In this document: positions 54,776 through 64,000 of the stretch, one piece after another | Layout of the letters: each line of letters opens with the position of its first letter | Numbering within the stretch: position 1 is the stretch's first letter | NCBI GenBank assembly: GCA_963817915.1 | Contig: CAWFQL010000017.1 | Location: 448,001-512,000, forward strand | DNA: 64,000 bases | Origin: an uncultured candidate division Zixibacteria bacterium | GTDB taxonomy: Bacteria > Zixibacteria > MSB-5A5 > UBA10806 | Direction of reading: 5' to 3' | Notes under the pieces: model-generated | The model's database searches: none | Seen by the model: only the letters and a program-made list of their open reading frames with translations | Told to the model about the DNA's origin: nothing | Translations under genes and position numbers: made by a program

Positions 54776-54914
54776 GCCGGAAAAATCTGAAAGGTTTGAC
54801 GGACAAATTCAAAAGTAGCGCGAAATGAAAAATTAACAAAACCCAATATATAGAAAATAATTATCAAATAATTCCAATAAATAGTATTTGTATCCAAATA
54901 TCGGCTAATACTAC

Positions 54915-54943
54915 TTGACACACCGCCCTTGTTGGAATATTTT
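54915..54943 (+). promoter_or_regulatory. sigma70 promoter for the tRNA pair
   Basis: TTGACA-17-TATTTT. Confidence 0.6.
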
Positions 54944-54960
54944 ATGACGCTAAGGCAACT

Positions 54961-55034
54961 GGGCCCATAGCTCAGCTGGTTAGAGCAACTGACTCATAAT
55001 CAGTGGGTCCCAGGTTCAAGTCCTGGTGGGCCCA
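54961..55034 (+). tRNA. tRNA with CAT anticodon, probably tRNA-Ile2 (lysidine) rather than Met
   Basis: GGGCCCA/TGGGCCC acceptor; paired 1:72 and no GGG/CCC anticodon stem, so not initiator; Ile-like body. Confidence 0.85.
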
Positions 55035-55053
55035 TTATGATTATGCTGAGCGT

Positions 55054-55130
55054 GGGCGATTAGCTCAGCTGGTTAGAGCGTTCGGTTCACATCCGAGAGG
55101 TCACTGGTTCAAGTCCAGTATCGCCCACCA
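55054..55130 (+). tRNA. tRNA-Val(CAC)
   Basis: GGGCGAT/ATCGCCC, anticodon CAC, encoded CCA. Confidence 0.95.
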
Positions 55131-55244
55131 TTTGATAATATGATGACGAACTTTCCCAAAGCACTGGATTATTCGGGTGGCTATCCACCAGCCTTTATCG
55201 CCCGCATTAAATCCGGTGACACGCTGAATATGAGAATGAGATTG

Positions 55245-55270
55245 TGCGCCTCCAAAGGGCGCATTTTTTA
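55245..55270 (+). terminator. intrinsic terminator after the tRNA pair
   Basis: TGCGCC-TCCAAAG-GGCGCA followed by TTTTTT. Confidence 0.7.
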
Positions 55271-55290
55271 TTTATAGATCGGAGGAGAAA

Positions 55291-56007
55291 TTGCAAAAAG
55301 ACCTTTCATTATTATTGGATCTTCAGGAGATCGACGATCAACTCGGAGAGTTGGAACGATCGAAAATATATTTGCCGGAAATGATACACAACCTCGAAAA
55401 TGAAATTTCGGAGTTGGTTAAGGCTATGGATGAAAATGATCAATCCCTGCAGAATAGCCTAAAAGAACAAAAGATGATTGAACTCGAAATTGAGACGTTC
55501 AAAGATGAACTCGATAGGTATCAGAAACAAATGAAAGTCATCAAAACCAACAAGGAATACGACGCCCTTTCAGCCGAAATCGATTCCAAAAAACTCGGCA
55601 TTTCCGATAAGGAAGAGCGCATGCTCGCTTTGATGGCCACCGCGGATGAATGTCGTGAAAAGGCGGTAAGTCTCAAAAATAGCCTGTCCGAGGTCAAAGA
55701 CAAAAATACCGAGCAGTTGGAAATGCTAAAATCCCAGTCGTTAACACTGCAGGCCAAGATCGATGACAAATATGAAAAAAGAAAAGTTTTAGCCAAGGAT
55801 ATTAATAAGCAAATCGTGGGTGTCTATGAGAGAGTCCGCAAGGGAAAAGGCGGCATGGTCGTGGTGCCTATTCGTAAACGTGCTTGCAGCGGATGTTTCA
55901 GCCAGATCCCGCCGCAACGAATCCAGGAGATTCGACGTGGCGATCGCATCTTCGCCTGCGACAGCTGCGGAAGAATATTAATATGGTCGGATGATGACAG
56001 TAATTAG
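55291..56007 (+). CDS. coiled-coil + C4 zinc-ribbon protein (DUF164/CT398/HP0958-like)
   Basis: LQEID; KTNKEYDAL..EI; YERVR; CSGC..CDSCGRIL; SD GGAGGA + TTG. Confidence 0.88.
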   Translation: MQKDLSLLLDLQEIDDQLGELERSKIYLPEMIHNLENEISELVKAMDENDQSLQNSLKEQKMIELEIETFKDELDRYQKQMKVIKTNKEYDALSAEIDSKKLGISDKEERMLALMATADECREKAVSLKNSLSEVKDKNTEQLEMLKSQSLTLQAKIDDKYEKRKVLAKDINKQIVGVYERVRKGKGGMVVVPIRKRACSGCFSQIPPQRIQEIRRGDRIFACDSCGRILIWSDDDSN

Positions 56008-56095
56008 CTCTTTATAATAATGATTCAAATGAAGCCGTGCTTTTCGTCCACCTGACGATTTAGCGCGGCCTCTTGTTATAAAAGGGGAGTCCTTT

Positions 56096-57550
56096 ATGAA
56101 TACAATAAAAATCGGGTTAACATTCGACGATGTCCTCCTCGTTCCCGCCAAATCGGCCGTGCTGCCCGGGAATGTCGATATCAGAGCAAAGTTGACTCGA
56201 AACATTACGGTGAATATTCCGCTCGTATCTGCCGCCATGGATACTGTCACCGAATCGGCATTGGCGATATCATTGGCCAGACAGGGCGGACTCGGGTTTA
56301 TCCATAAAAATCTTTCCGTTGCGGATCAGGCCACTGAAGTCGATAAGGTCAAGCGTTCCGAATCAGGTATGATTGTCGATCCCATAACATTATCGCCCGA
56401 TGCTCTCGTCGGCGACGCGCTCGATACAATGAGAAAGTTCTCAATTTCGGGAATTCCAATCACCAGAAATAATAAACTTGTGGGAATTCTTACGAATCGC
56501 GATCTGAGATTCCATCGCGATCCATCGGTGCCTATTGAGCAAGTCATGACCAAAGATAATCTGATTACAGTGCCTGAGGGGACCGACCTCGAATCCGCCA
56601 AGGAATTACTTCACAAGCACAGAATTGAAAAATTGCTCATGGTCGATTCCGATGGCAATTTGAAGGGCATGATTACTGTCAAAGATATCATGAAGCAAAT
56701 TCAGTATCCCCAGGCATGCAAGGATCAAAGAGGCAGACTGCGTGTCGGTGCCGCTGTAGGAATTTCTTCGGATATGATCGAACGAACTTCGGAATTAATA
56801 AAGGCCGGTGTCGATGTCATTACGCTGGATTCCTCGCACGGTCATTCTGAAGGCGTACTTAAGGCTGTTGAGCAATTGCGAAATAAATTCCCCGACCTCG
56901 AGCTTGTCGCGGGCAATGTCGCCACCGCCGATGGCGCATCTGATCTCATCTCGGCCGGTGCCGATGCTGTCAAAGTCGGAGTTGGCCCTGGTTCGATTTG
57001 CACTACGAGAGTAGTTACTGGAGCGGGCATGCCGCAAATTACTGCTATTATCGAATGCGCTTCAGTATGTGAGAAAAAAGGCATCCCTTTAATTGCGGAT
57101 GGCGGCGTAAAGTATTCTGGAGATATCACCAAAGCCCTGGCCGCAGGAGCTGATTCAGTCATGATCGGCTCGCTCTTTGCAGGCACCGCTGAATCGCCCG
57201 GTGAGAGTATTCTCTTTGAAGGCAGGTCCTATAAAGTCTATCGCGGCATGGGCTCAATTGAATCCATGAAAAGAGGAAGCGCCGATCGTTACTTTCAGCA
57301 GACTGAATCCGGCAAAATGGTACCTGAAGGCGTTGTCGGACGGGTGCCATTCAAGGGCTCGCTTGAGGACTCGGTGTTCCAGTTGGTCGGAGGCCTCAGG
57401 TCTGGTATGGGGATTTGTGGAGCCAAGGATATTTCAACATTGAAAAAGACCGCTAAATTCATTCAGATTACCAATGCGGGATTGCGTGAAAGCCATCCGC
57501 ACGATGTCAAAATCATCAAGGAGTCGCCAAACTACAGCGCCCCGGAATAA
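56096..57550 (+). CDS. guaB: IMP dehydrogenase
   Basis: [19 protein letters not shown] pair; [17 protein letters not shown]. Confidence 0.98.
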   Translation: MNTIKIGLTFDDVLLVPAKSAVLPGNVDIRAKLTRNITVNIPLVSAAMDTVTESALAISLARQGGLGFIHKNLSVADQATEVDKVKRSESGMIVDPITLSPDALVGDALDTMRKFSISGIPITRNNKLVGILTNRDLRFHRDPSVPIEQVMTKDNLITVPEGTDLESAKELLHKHRIEKLLMVDSDGNLKGMITVKDIMKQIQYPQACKDQRGRLRVGAAVGISSDMIERTSELIKAGVDVITLDSSHGHSEGVLKAVEQLRNKFPDLELVAGNVATADGASDLISAGADAVKVGVGPGSICTTRVVTGAGMPQITAIIECASVCEKKGIPLIADGGVKYSGDITKALAAGADSVMIGSLFAGTAESPGESILFEGRSYKVYRGMGSIESMKRGSADRYFQQTESGKMVPEGVVGRVPFKGSLEDSVFQLVGGLRSGMGICGAKDISTLKKTAKFIQITNAGLRESHPHDVKIIKESPNYSAPE

Positions 57551-57566
57551 TATTCGCCAATAATAC

Positions 57567-57616
57567 TTGACAGCCTGCGGCCAAATTCGTATATCTGATT
57601 TTGAAATTCAATCTCA
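57567..57616 (+). promoter_or_regulatory. promoter with Fur-box-like operator upstream of fur
   Basis: TTGACA at 57567; inverted repeat TGATTTTGAAATTCAATCTCA (57596-57616), 13/19 to GATAATGATAATCATTATC. Confidence 0.55.
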
Positions 57617-57735
57617 GATGGAGATGTCGGCGATGAGGATGGCATAATAAATAACGAAAAAGATGCAACAACTAAGAGCAAGAATAGGTTAATCTTATAG
57701 AACAAGGACAATACAGTCCTGTAAATAATGACGAT

Positions 57736-58161
57736 ATGAAAAAAGAACAAGAAATTCTGGCAGGGTATCTCAGACAAAAGGGTCTGAAGCATACTGGCCA
57801 GCGCGATAAAATACTCGATTCATTCTTATCGGCCTCCAAACATATATCCGCCGACGAGCTGCACTCATCGATAAGAAAATCCGATCCGCAGATCGGTTTT
57901 TCCACAGTCTATAGAACTCTAAAATTGCTAACCGAATGCGGCCTTGCGACAGAAGTCAATTTTGGCGATGGTAGAGCCAGATTCGAAAAATCGTTCGATA
58001 AATCACAGCATGGTCACTTGATTTGCACCGGATGCGGCAAAACCGAGGAATTCGATAGCAAGAATATCGAAAAGAGCCTGAAGAAGATATCGATCGACCA
58101 CGATGTAAAGCCCCATGGTTATAGAATAGAGGTCTACGGTTTATGTAAGAAGTGCCAGTAG
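57736..58161 (+). CDS. fur: Fur family transcriptional regulator
   Basis: TGQR..IL; HISADEL; STVYRTL; HGHLICTGCG; GLCKKC. Confidence 0.9.
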   Translation: MKKEQEILAGYLRQKGLKHTGQRDKILDSFLSASKHISADELHSSIRKSDPQIGFSTVYRTLKLLTECGLATEVNFGDGRARFEKSFDKSQHGHLICTGCGKTEEFDSKNIEKSLKKISIDHDVKPHGYRIEVYGLCKKCQ

Positions 58162-58178
58162 TTTTTTTAACTTTGTGT

Positions 58179-58204
58179 TGAATATGAAAGTCATAATCAT
58201 TATA
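58179..58204 (+). promoter_or_regulatory. overlapping Fur-box-like sites upstream of feoB
   Basis: GAATATGAAAGTCATAATC (14/19) and GAAAGTCATAATCATTATA (15/19) versus the Fur consensus. Confidence 0.6.
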
Positions 58205-58230
58205 AATAGATAAATGAATCCAGATAAAAG

Positions 58231-60192
58231 ATGCCCAAGATAATCGACGAAATCGATACACTGCCGCCGATAATTCTCATCGGCAATCCCAATGTTGGAA
58301 AGTCCGCGCTTTTCGGCGCTCTCTCCGGACGATATGTCGAAGTGTCCAACTATCCCGGCACCACTGTCGATTTTTCATCGGGATGGATCGATCAGGGCGG
58401 TGTTCGCAGACGGATATTCGATTCGCCCGGAGCCGATACTCTTTCGCCAATTACCGAAGATGAGATGGTTACACGAGATCTCCTATTGTCGTATCCCGAT
58501 TCTCCCGTAATTTGTGTGATAGACGCCAAGAATCTCAAACGAGGCTTGACACTTCTTACCCAATTGGCTGAATTTGAGAGGGAAGCAGTAGTGGCCCTCA
58601 ATATGTACGATGAGCTCGAATCTCAGGGTATCAGTATCGATATCGAAATTCTCCAAAATATGCTCGGAGTTCCTGTGACTCCCACAATTGCCATTAAGTC
58701 ATCCGGAATTGAAAATCTGCTCGACAGCCTAAGTCATGCGGCAATTCCTAAGTTAAGGATTGAATTTGCGCAGTTAATAGAAAACTCAACTCAGGCTATT
58801 CAGCAAATTCTTGATGGCACTCGGATAAATTCTCGCGGCGTTGTACTCGGAATCTTAAGCGGTGTTAACGGTATTTCATCCACAATGAAAGATAGTATTT
58901 CAATCGCTCAATTGGCGAGCATCGAACATATCAAAGAAAGCCTTCAGACCGCCATTCCCGAACCGGTAGCTTTTGTCATAGCAAAATCAAGAAACAACTT
59001 TATTCAAAAAATCTATACTAAGGCGGTACTGAGTAAAAAAAATACGGGACGAGATATCTGGAAAAAAATCGGTGAAATTTCAATTCATCCATATCTTGGT
59101 ATTCCAATTCTATTGGCTGTAGTGATTGGCCTATATCTATTTGTTGGTGTACTCGGCGCGCAGGTATTGGTTGGAGTCTTGGAAAATTCATTGTTTGCCA
59201 GATATATTAATCCCTTTTTTGTCAGGACTTTTTCCGAAATCCCATCAAATTTCATTTTCGATCTTTTTGTCGGCCAGTATGGCATAATAACGATGGCGCT
59301 TACTTACGCCTTCGCTCTCATTCTTCCTATAGTAAGCACATTCTTTATCGCCTTCGGGGCATTGGAGGATTCCGGTTATCTCCCCAGATTGGCATTCATG
59401 GTGGATCGAGTATTCAAAAAGATCGGTCTCAATGGGCGGGCTGTACTTCCGATGATTCTCGGGCTCGGATGCGATACCATGGCTATCTTAACCACCAGAA
59501 TTCTCTCGACCAAAAAAGAAAAGATAATGGTCACATTTCTTCTGGCGCTTGCTGTACCTTGCTCCGCGCAGCTCGGTGTTACCCTTGGTATTTTAGGCGC
59601 AATTTCGCCGTTGGCGTTGGGGATATGGATAACCGTAGTTCTCGGCATATTATTTTTGGTTGGATATTTATCGTCGAAAGTAATACCGGGCAGATCGTCA
59701 GATTTCATTCTCGAAATACCACCGCTGAGATTGCCTCGCCTCGATAATATTATCATGAAAACCTTGATGCGTCTCGAGTGGTATTTAAAAGAAGCCGTTC
59801 CGTTATTTGTTTTAGGTACTTTGATTTTATTTATTCTCGATAAATTATCTTTGCTCGGGCGAATCGAAAAATTATTCCAGCCCATTGCAAGCGGCTGGCT
59901 GGGCCTGCCTCCTCATTCCGCCGATGCCTTTATAATGGGATTCCTGAGGCGTGATTACGGTGCCGCTGGCTTTAAGACCATGTTCGACGGCGGCCAGCTT
60001 GATCCGGTTGGCGCGATTGTCGCATTGACTGTAATTACATTGTTTGTCCCCTGTGTAGCCAATTTCTTTATTATGATCAAAGAACGCGGCATGAAAACAA
60101 CTCTTGGAATGGTGGCATTCATATTCCCATTCGCCATACTCGTGGGTGGGATTCTAAATATAATTCTTCGGGGGTTAGCTTTATGGTCGTAA
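58231..60192 (+). CDS. feoB: ferrous iron transporter FeoB
   Basis: GNPNVGKS, NYPGTTV, DSPG, NMYD; LEDSGYLPR; GLGC; PCSAQ. Confidence 0.96.
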   Translation: MPKIIDEIDTLPPIILIGNPNVGKSALFGALSGRYVEVSNYPGTTVDFSSGWIDQGGVRRRIFDSPGADTLSPITEDEMVTRDLLLSYPDSPVICVIDAKNLKRGLTLLTQLAEFEREAVVALNMYDELESQGISIDIEILQNMLGVPVTPTIAIKSSGIENLLDSLSHAAIPKLRIEFAQLIENSTQAIQQILDGTRINSRGVVLGILSGVNGISSTMKDSISIAQLASIEHIKESLQTAIPEPVAFVIAKSRNNFIQKIYTKAVLSKKNTGRDIWKKIGEISIHPYLGIPILLAVVIGLYLFVGVLGAQVLVGVLENSLFARYINPFFVRTFSEIPSNFIFDLFVGQYGIITMALTYAFALILPIVSTFFIAFGALEDSGYLPRLAFMVDRVFKKIGLNGRAVLPMILGLGCDTMAILTTRILSTKKEKIMVTFLLALAVPCSAQLGVTLGILGAISPLALGIWITVVLGILFLVGYLSSKVIPGRSSDFILEIPPLRLPRLDNIIMKTLMRLEWYLKEAVPLFVLGTLILFILDKLSLLGRIEKLFQPIASGWLGLPPHSADAFIMGFLRRDYGAAGFKTMFDGGQLDPVGAIVALTVITLFVPCVANFFIMIKERGMKTTLGMVAFIFPFAILVGGILNIILRGLALWS

Positions 60193-60377
60193 ACTGTCCT
60201 CTATGCGGCTATCGCTTCGATTCATGCTCTATGCATGCCTGCGAAGGGTGCCCGCTTAATCCCAATTGCCAAAAAATCTGCTGTCCTAATTGCAGCTATA
60301 GCTGGGTCGCTTCTTCCTCTCTTCTTAATATTTATCGCAAACTCATTAAAAAGGAAATTTCCCCTGGAAAAACATAA
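60183..60377 (+). CDS. small Cys-rich protein coupled to feoB
   Basis: 64 aa with CPLC..C..CEGC..C..CCPNC; start overlaps the feoB stop. Confidence 0.7.
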   Translation: MVVNCPLCGYRFDSCSMHACEGCPLNPNCQKICCPNCSYSWVASSSLLNIYRKLIKKEISPGKT

Positions 60378-61020
60378 AGGACATATTATCGATGAGCTTC
60401 TGGAAGCTCTATATAAAGCCAATGAGGACGGGCATTCCCTCGTAAAATTATCCGATCTTAATCTCGAAGATATCCCCGGCGATGATGATATTGAATCATT
60501 GACCAAAGAAAAGCTGATCTCAATTAGCGATGGGAAGATAAATTTACTCGATGATGGCTATTCCAGAGCGCAATTGCTTGTACGACGTCATCGTCTCGCC
60601 GAACGACTTTTCAATGACATTCTCGGCCTTAACGACGACGGGCTTAATCTCACCAGCTGTTCCTTCGAGCATATAGTAGAGCCATCAGTAACCGAGACTA
60701 TTTGCATAATTCTCGGTCATCCGCCAACCTGCCCTCATGGCAAACGAATCCCCCCCGGCGAATGCTGTAAAGATGGCAGGAAAAATGCAACTCCGATAGT
60801 AGTTCCCCTGAGCGAGTTAGATGATAAAGCCAACGCAAAAGTCGCCTTTATAACTTCGGCGTTTCGCCAAAGGCTTGATAGGCTGGTCAATCTCGGCCTT
60901 ATTCCCGGAGCGGAAGTAAGTCTATATCAGAAAAAGCCGTCTTATCTGCTTCGAATTGGCGCCACTGAAATTGCTATCGATAAAGAAATCGCCTCGGGAA
61001 TATTCGTCAGAAAAATATAA
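60364..61020 (+). CDS. DtxR/MntR family metal-dependent regulator with C-terminal FeoA domain (start uncertain)
   Basis: DELLEALY; RRHRLAERLF; CSFEH; PPTCPHGKRIP; FeoA-like RLVNLGLIPG..AIDKEIA; likely CTG start after AAGGA. Confidence 0.85.
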   Translation: MEKHKGHIIDELLEALYKANEDGHSLVKLSDLNLEDIPGDDDIESLTKEKLISISDGKINLLDDGYSRAQLLVRRHRLAERLFNDILGLNDDGLNLTSCSFEHIVEPSVTETICIILGHPPTCPHGKRIPPGECCKDGRKNATPIVVPLSELDDKANAKVAFITSAFRQRLDRLVNLGLIPGAEVSLYQKKPSYLLRIGATEIAIDKEIASGIFVRKI

Positions 61021-61027
61021 AATATTA

Positions 61028-61055
61028 GTAGAGACATGCCATGGCATGTCTCTAC
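61028..61055. repeat. perfect 28-bp GTAG..CTAC palindrome between convergent genes
   Basis: GTAGAGACATGCCA|TGGCATGTCTCTAC. Confidence 0.85.
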
Positions 61056-61064
61056 CGGTTCATA

Positions 61065-62303
61065 TCATCTATTTCTTGTCTCTTTAAGTTTTATCGAAAT
61101 ACTCAGCGACATCGCTGTCGTGATGAATACGATAACAAACAATATCCGCAATGAAAATATCTGTGCCAGCAATCCCCCCAACGCCGAAAAAAATACAGTC
61201 GGTGCCAAGAATGTATTCATGACTCCTATCGATAACAGCCGTCCTTTTTCATGGGCGATTTCCAAAAGATAACTGATGTACCCCATTCCAATTCCAGCCT
61301 CCGCCATTCCAATCAGAAAAAATACCACCGAAAAATGCAGATAATTAATCGAAATGAAATATCCGATGAATGCAAGTAACGGTGGCAATACTGATATTAG
61401 GCCCGCGATAATAATAACTAGTCTGTTCGATACCTTATTGGAAAGCCAGGCCCAGAGCAGATTAGTCGAAAGAAATCCGACCATCTGGGCCGCCAGATAA
61501 GTTCCGGCTATCCAGTTGGGCGCATCTAATCTATCTATCGCAAATACAATATAAAATGGTGTCGCCATATAATATGTATTCACCCATGCCCTCGACCAGA
61601 AAAGCCTTCTGAAATTGCTGTCATTAGTATAAATCTTTAACGCCTCTTTAAGATGCATAACCGGGGGAGCCTTGGGCAGCCGCTCTTTAGCCGACGGTTC
61701 CTTGATATAAGCAAAAACCAATAGTCCAAAAAACATCATGACCCAGGCCGCGATAAATAATATGCCAAAATTCTGAGGGTATGGATATACTTCCAATATC
61801 TTGGTGACAGCGATACCCTCAATCGCCGCGATACTTCCTCCCAGAAACATCCTCAACCCAAAATAACTTCCCCGCTTATTGACAGGAATAGTCTTCCCGA
61901 CTATTTCCGTAAATGCTATTCCGGCAATTCCCGACGCGATCGCGTAAATCGTAAAGCTTATCGCGAATGACAAAAGTATCAACGAATGATTTTGGCTGAA
62001 TATAAAAACTGTTGCAGTCGCGATTCCGAAAAAGAATAACCGCGCGAATGATAAATTATTATAAAATCCCAGTACTTTATCCCTATGCGCTATAAAAAGC
62101 GCCGTGAAAAGCTGCGGCGCGAACCAGCCAAACGATTCCAAAGTCGAAAATAATCCGATCAATATCTTGGAGTCGGTTAATTGCGAAATAAAAACCGGTA
62201 TAACTGTCGATCCGGAAAGAAATGCCAGCGCACCATTGAAGAATGTCCCATTTATCACTCCCAACGAAAAATTGCGACGGAAATCTTTATCATTTGCGGG
62301 CAT
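61065..62303 (-). CDS. MFS transporter
   Basis: About 12 hydrophobic segments; IPVNKRGSYFG; WLSNKVSNR loop. Confidence 0.85.
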   Translation of the reverse strand: MPANDKDFRRNFSLGVINGTFFNGALAFLSGSTVIPVFISQLTDSKILIGLFSTLESFGWFAPQLFTALFIAHRDKVLGFYNNLSFARLFFFGIATATVFIFSQNHSLILLSFAISFTIYAIASGIAGIAFTEIVGKTIPVNKRGSYFGLRMFLGGSIAAIEGIAVTKILEVYPYPQNFGILFIAAWVMMFFGLLVFAYIKEPSAKERLPKAPPVMHLKEALKIYTNDSNFRRLFWSRAWVNTYYMATPFYIVFAIDRLDAPNWIAGTYLAAQMVGFLSTNLLWAWLSNKVSNRLVIIIAGLISVLPPLLAFIGYFISINYLHFSVVFFLIGMAEAGIGMGYISYLLEIAHEKGRLLSIGVMNTFLAPTVFFSALGGLLAQIFSLRILFVIVFITTAMSLSISIKLKETRNR

Positions 62304-62310
62304 AGAGCAT

Positions 62311-62339
62311 ATAATATGATAGGTACGCTAACGTCGCAA
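62311..62339 (-). promoter_or_regulatory. sigma70-type promoter for the MFS gene (leaderless geometry)
   Basis: TTGCGA-17-TATTAT-7-ATG. Confidence 0.5.
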
Positions 62340-62400
62340 TAACCTTCTCACGCATAATCGACAGGCTTGAATAATTGAACAAAATAACGTAAATTGACAT

Positions 62401-63177
62401 ATGGAATTGAATAAAAATTCAAACGCCAGAGATAATTCGCCGCGGCCCGGTTCAGCCGCCTTGTTTATATTCGGGCTCAGCGCGGCCTTGGGAGCGACAA
62501 TCTCAAATAACCTGACTTACCTTTGTCTTTTAACTGTCATAGTTGTTTTCACCTTTCTTATCTTCGACGGCAGGTTCAGAGACATATTTAAGACATTGGT
62601 GTATATTCAATGGCTTTTCGCGTTTATATTTTTATTCCACCTGTTTTCGCATCCGGGCCAGATATTATTTCGCATTTGGATTCTAAATGCCACGCGCGAA
62701 GGTCTTGATGCCGGATTCAACTACGGCATGAAACTGATATCGTTTGGATATATTGGTCTCTTGATGTTTAAAATGGTTAATCCGTTTGAATTGGTTTCGC
62801 CGCTGGAACGTTTAGCGCGGCATTTAGGAAAAGCCGGCAGACCTTTGGCCAATTTCTCGCTGGCGATATTTCTCGCGCTTCGTTTCTTGCCGGAGATGGT
62901 CGAACAGGGCAAAACCACTTCGCTGGCTCTGAAGACCAGAGGAGTCAGCTCGGAAGGAAACCTAAAAAATAAAGCCCGTTTCGCGTCCTTATTAATCGCG
63001 CCACTCTTCGTAAATTCATTCAAACGCGCCGAGCTCGCCGGAATCGCCTTGGAAACCAAAGGTTATGCTCAGCGTCATCTCCATGCCGCCCTGCCGCCAG
63101 CCAGAATCAATCTTTCGAGCGTAATAGCCATATTTATTTCCGCCGGTGTCATCTATCTTGGAGCGCATCTGAAATGA
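62401..63177 (+). CDS. ecfT: ECF transporter transmembrane component T (CbiQ family)
   Basis: LALRFLP..LKTRG..PLFVNSFKRA..ALETKGY. Confidence 0.82.
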   Translation: MELNKNSNARDNSPRPGSAALFIFGLSAALGATISNNLTYLCLLTVIVVFTFLIFDGRFRDIFKTLVYIQWLFAFIFLFHLFSHPGQILFRIWILNATREGLDAGFNYGMKLISFGYIGLLMFKMVNPFELVSPLERLARHLGKAGRPLANFSLAIFLALRFLPEMVEQGKTTSLALKTRGVSSEGNLKNKARFASLLIAPLFVNSFKRAELAGIALETKGYAQRHLHAALPPARINLSSVIAIFISAGVIYLGAHLK

Positions 63178-63911
63178 GAAATATCCTGCTCAAATTAGAA
63201 TATAGAGGCGGGGGCTTTCTCGGATGGCAACAGCAGGCGCGGGGGAGAACCGTACAAGGGGTATTACGCGAAAGCCTCGAGAAATTTTTACGTCATAAAG
63301 TGAAATTAACCGGCTCCGGCAGGACTGATACCGGTGTTCACGCGCTCGCTCAATACGCCAATTTTCAGTCGGATCGAGATATTCCGCCAAAAGAAATTCT
63401 ATATCGCCTTAATCGAATTCTGCCTGATGACATAGTAGTGCTGTCGTGCAAACATGTCCCCTTAAATTTCGATTCCCGGCGCCACGCCTTGTCGCGCAGT
63501 TATCGTTATCTGATTTCCGAAAAATTGACCGCGATCGACTCCGAATTTTGCTGGGTTGCGGGAAGGAAATTCGATATATTGAAGTTGAAACAGATGGCGG
63601 GCATGGTGGCAGGAGCGAAGCATTTTGAAAATTTCTGCAAGGTAAAATCCCGCAAGATCGATAATGCTTGCGCTATACTCGATGCCAAATGGTCACGACA
63701 GGGAGGCTTTCTGCGTTTCGATATCACTGCCAACCGTTTCCTCCACAATATGGTGCGGCTATTGGTCGGTTCGATGGTAGCCGTTCATGATGGCAAAATG
63801 GAGTTGGATTTTTTTAAGAAAATGTTGGAAAATAAAATAGATGCCAAGGCGAAATATATCGCCCCGGCCCAAGGCCTGTATCTGGCCGAAGTAAACTATA
63901 AAAGGAGTTAG
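63174..63911 (+). CDS. truA: tRNA pseudouridine(38-40) synthase
   Basis: [33 protein letters not shown]. Confidence 0.96.
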   Translation: MRNILLKLEYRGGGFLGWQQQARGRTVQGVLRESLEKFLRHKVKLTGSGRTDTGVHALAQYANFQSDRDIPPKEILYRLNRILPDDIVVLSCKHVPLNFDSRRHALSRSYRYLISEKLTAIDSEFCWVAGRKFDILKLKQMAGMVAGAKHFENFCKVKSRKIDNACAILDAKWSRQGGFLRFDITANRFLHNMVRLLVGSMVAVHDGKMELDFFKKMLENKIDAKAKYIAPAQGLYLAEVNYKRS

Positions 63912-63913
63912 AT

Positions 63914-64000
63914 ATGAAATTCTTCATCGATACCGCCAATTTAAATGAAATTAAAGCGGCCAATGAAATGGGTATTCTCGATGGCGTGACTACCAATCCA
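63914..64000 (+). CDS. transaldolase / fructose-6-phosphate aldolase family (5' part only)
   Basis: [29 protein letters not shown] after SD AGGAG. Confidence 0.88.
   Translation, partial: MKFFIDTANLNEIKAANEMGILDGVTTNP

Noticed and set aside
54548..54921. Minus-strand ORFs of 66-76 aa in the rplQ-tRNA gap
   Set aside because: They overlap repeat hairpins and the tRNA promoter region and show no recognisable motifs
56008..56095. rnpB or a purine riboswitch between the zinc-ribbon gene and guaB
   Set aside because: The gap is only 88 nt and lacks RNase P or purine-riboswitch consensus motifs

Overview
Bacterial chromosome segment; an FCB-superphylum, Zixibacteria-like origin is inferred from the FlgD/T9SS-type C-terminal domain and gene content, not proven. 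(1) 1-17.9 kb is a cell-wall-centred locus: a translationally coupled operon lysA-alr-NlpC/P60-C39-like peptidase-LD-carboxypeptidase-dipeptide epimerase-amidase; a convergent carbohydrate ABC transporter; an uncharacterised four-gene membrane-protein cassette (first gene Fn3 + DUF6754-like); a beta-propeller/M23 lipoprotein; an unannotated 44-aa zinc-ribbon ORF; DUF72; and an S11 DD-peptidase. (2) 17.9-20.6 kb is a REP-like palindrome field with an FG-GAP secreted-protein gene between 95-bp direct repeats. (3) 20.7-54.2 kb is the translation/transcription supercluster (tRNAs, tuf, rpmG, secE, nusG, rplKAJL, rpoBC, str, second tuf, S10, spc and alpha operons). (4) 54.2-64 kb holds another palindrome field, two tRNAs, a C4 zinc-ribbon protein, guaB, fur-feoB-Cys-rich-DtxR/FeoA, an MFS transporter, ecfT, truA and the start of a transaldolase-family gene. 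Eight apparent single-base insertions, including one in each tuf copy, indicate sequencing or consensus error rather than pseudogenes. The best candidate for an undescribed system is a peptidoglycan-scavenging locus whose ATPase-less four-gene membrane complex may be the missing muropeptide importer. No rRNA, CRISPR array or transposase was seen.
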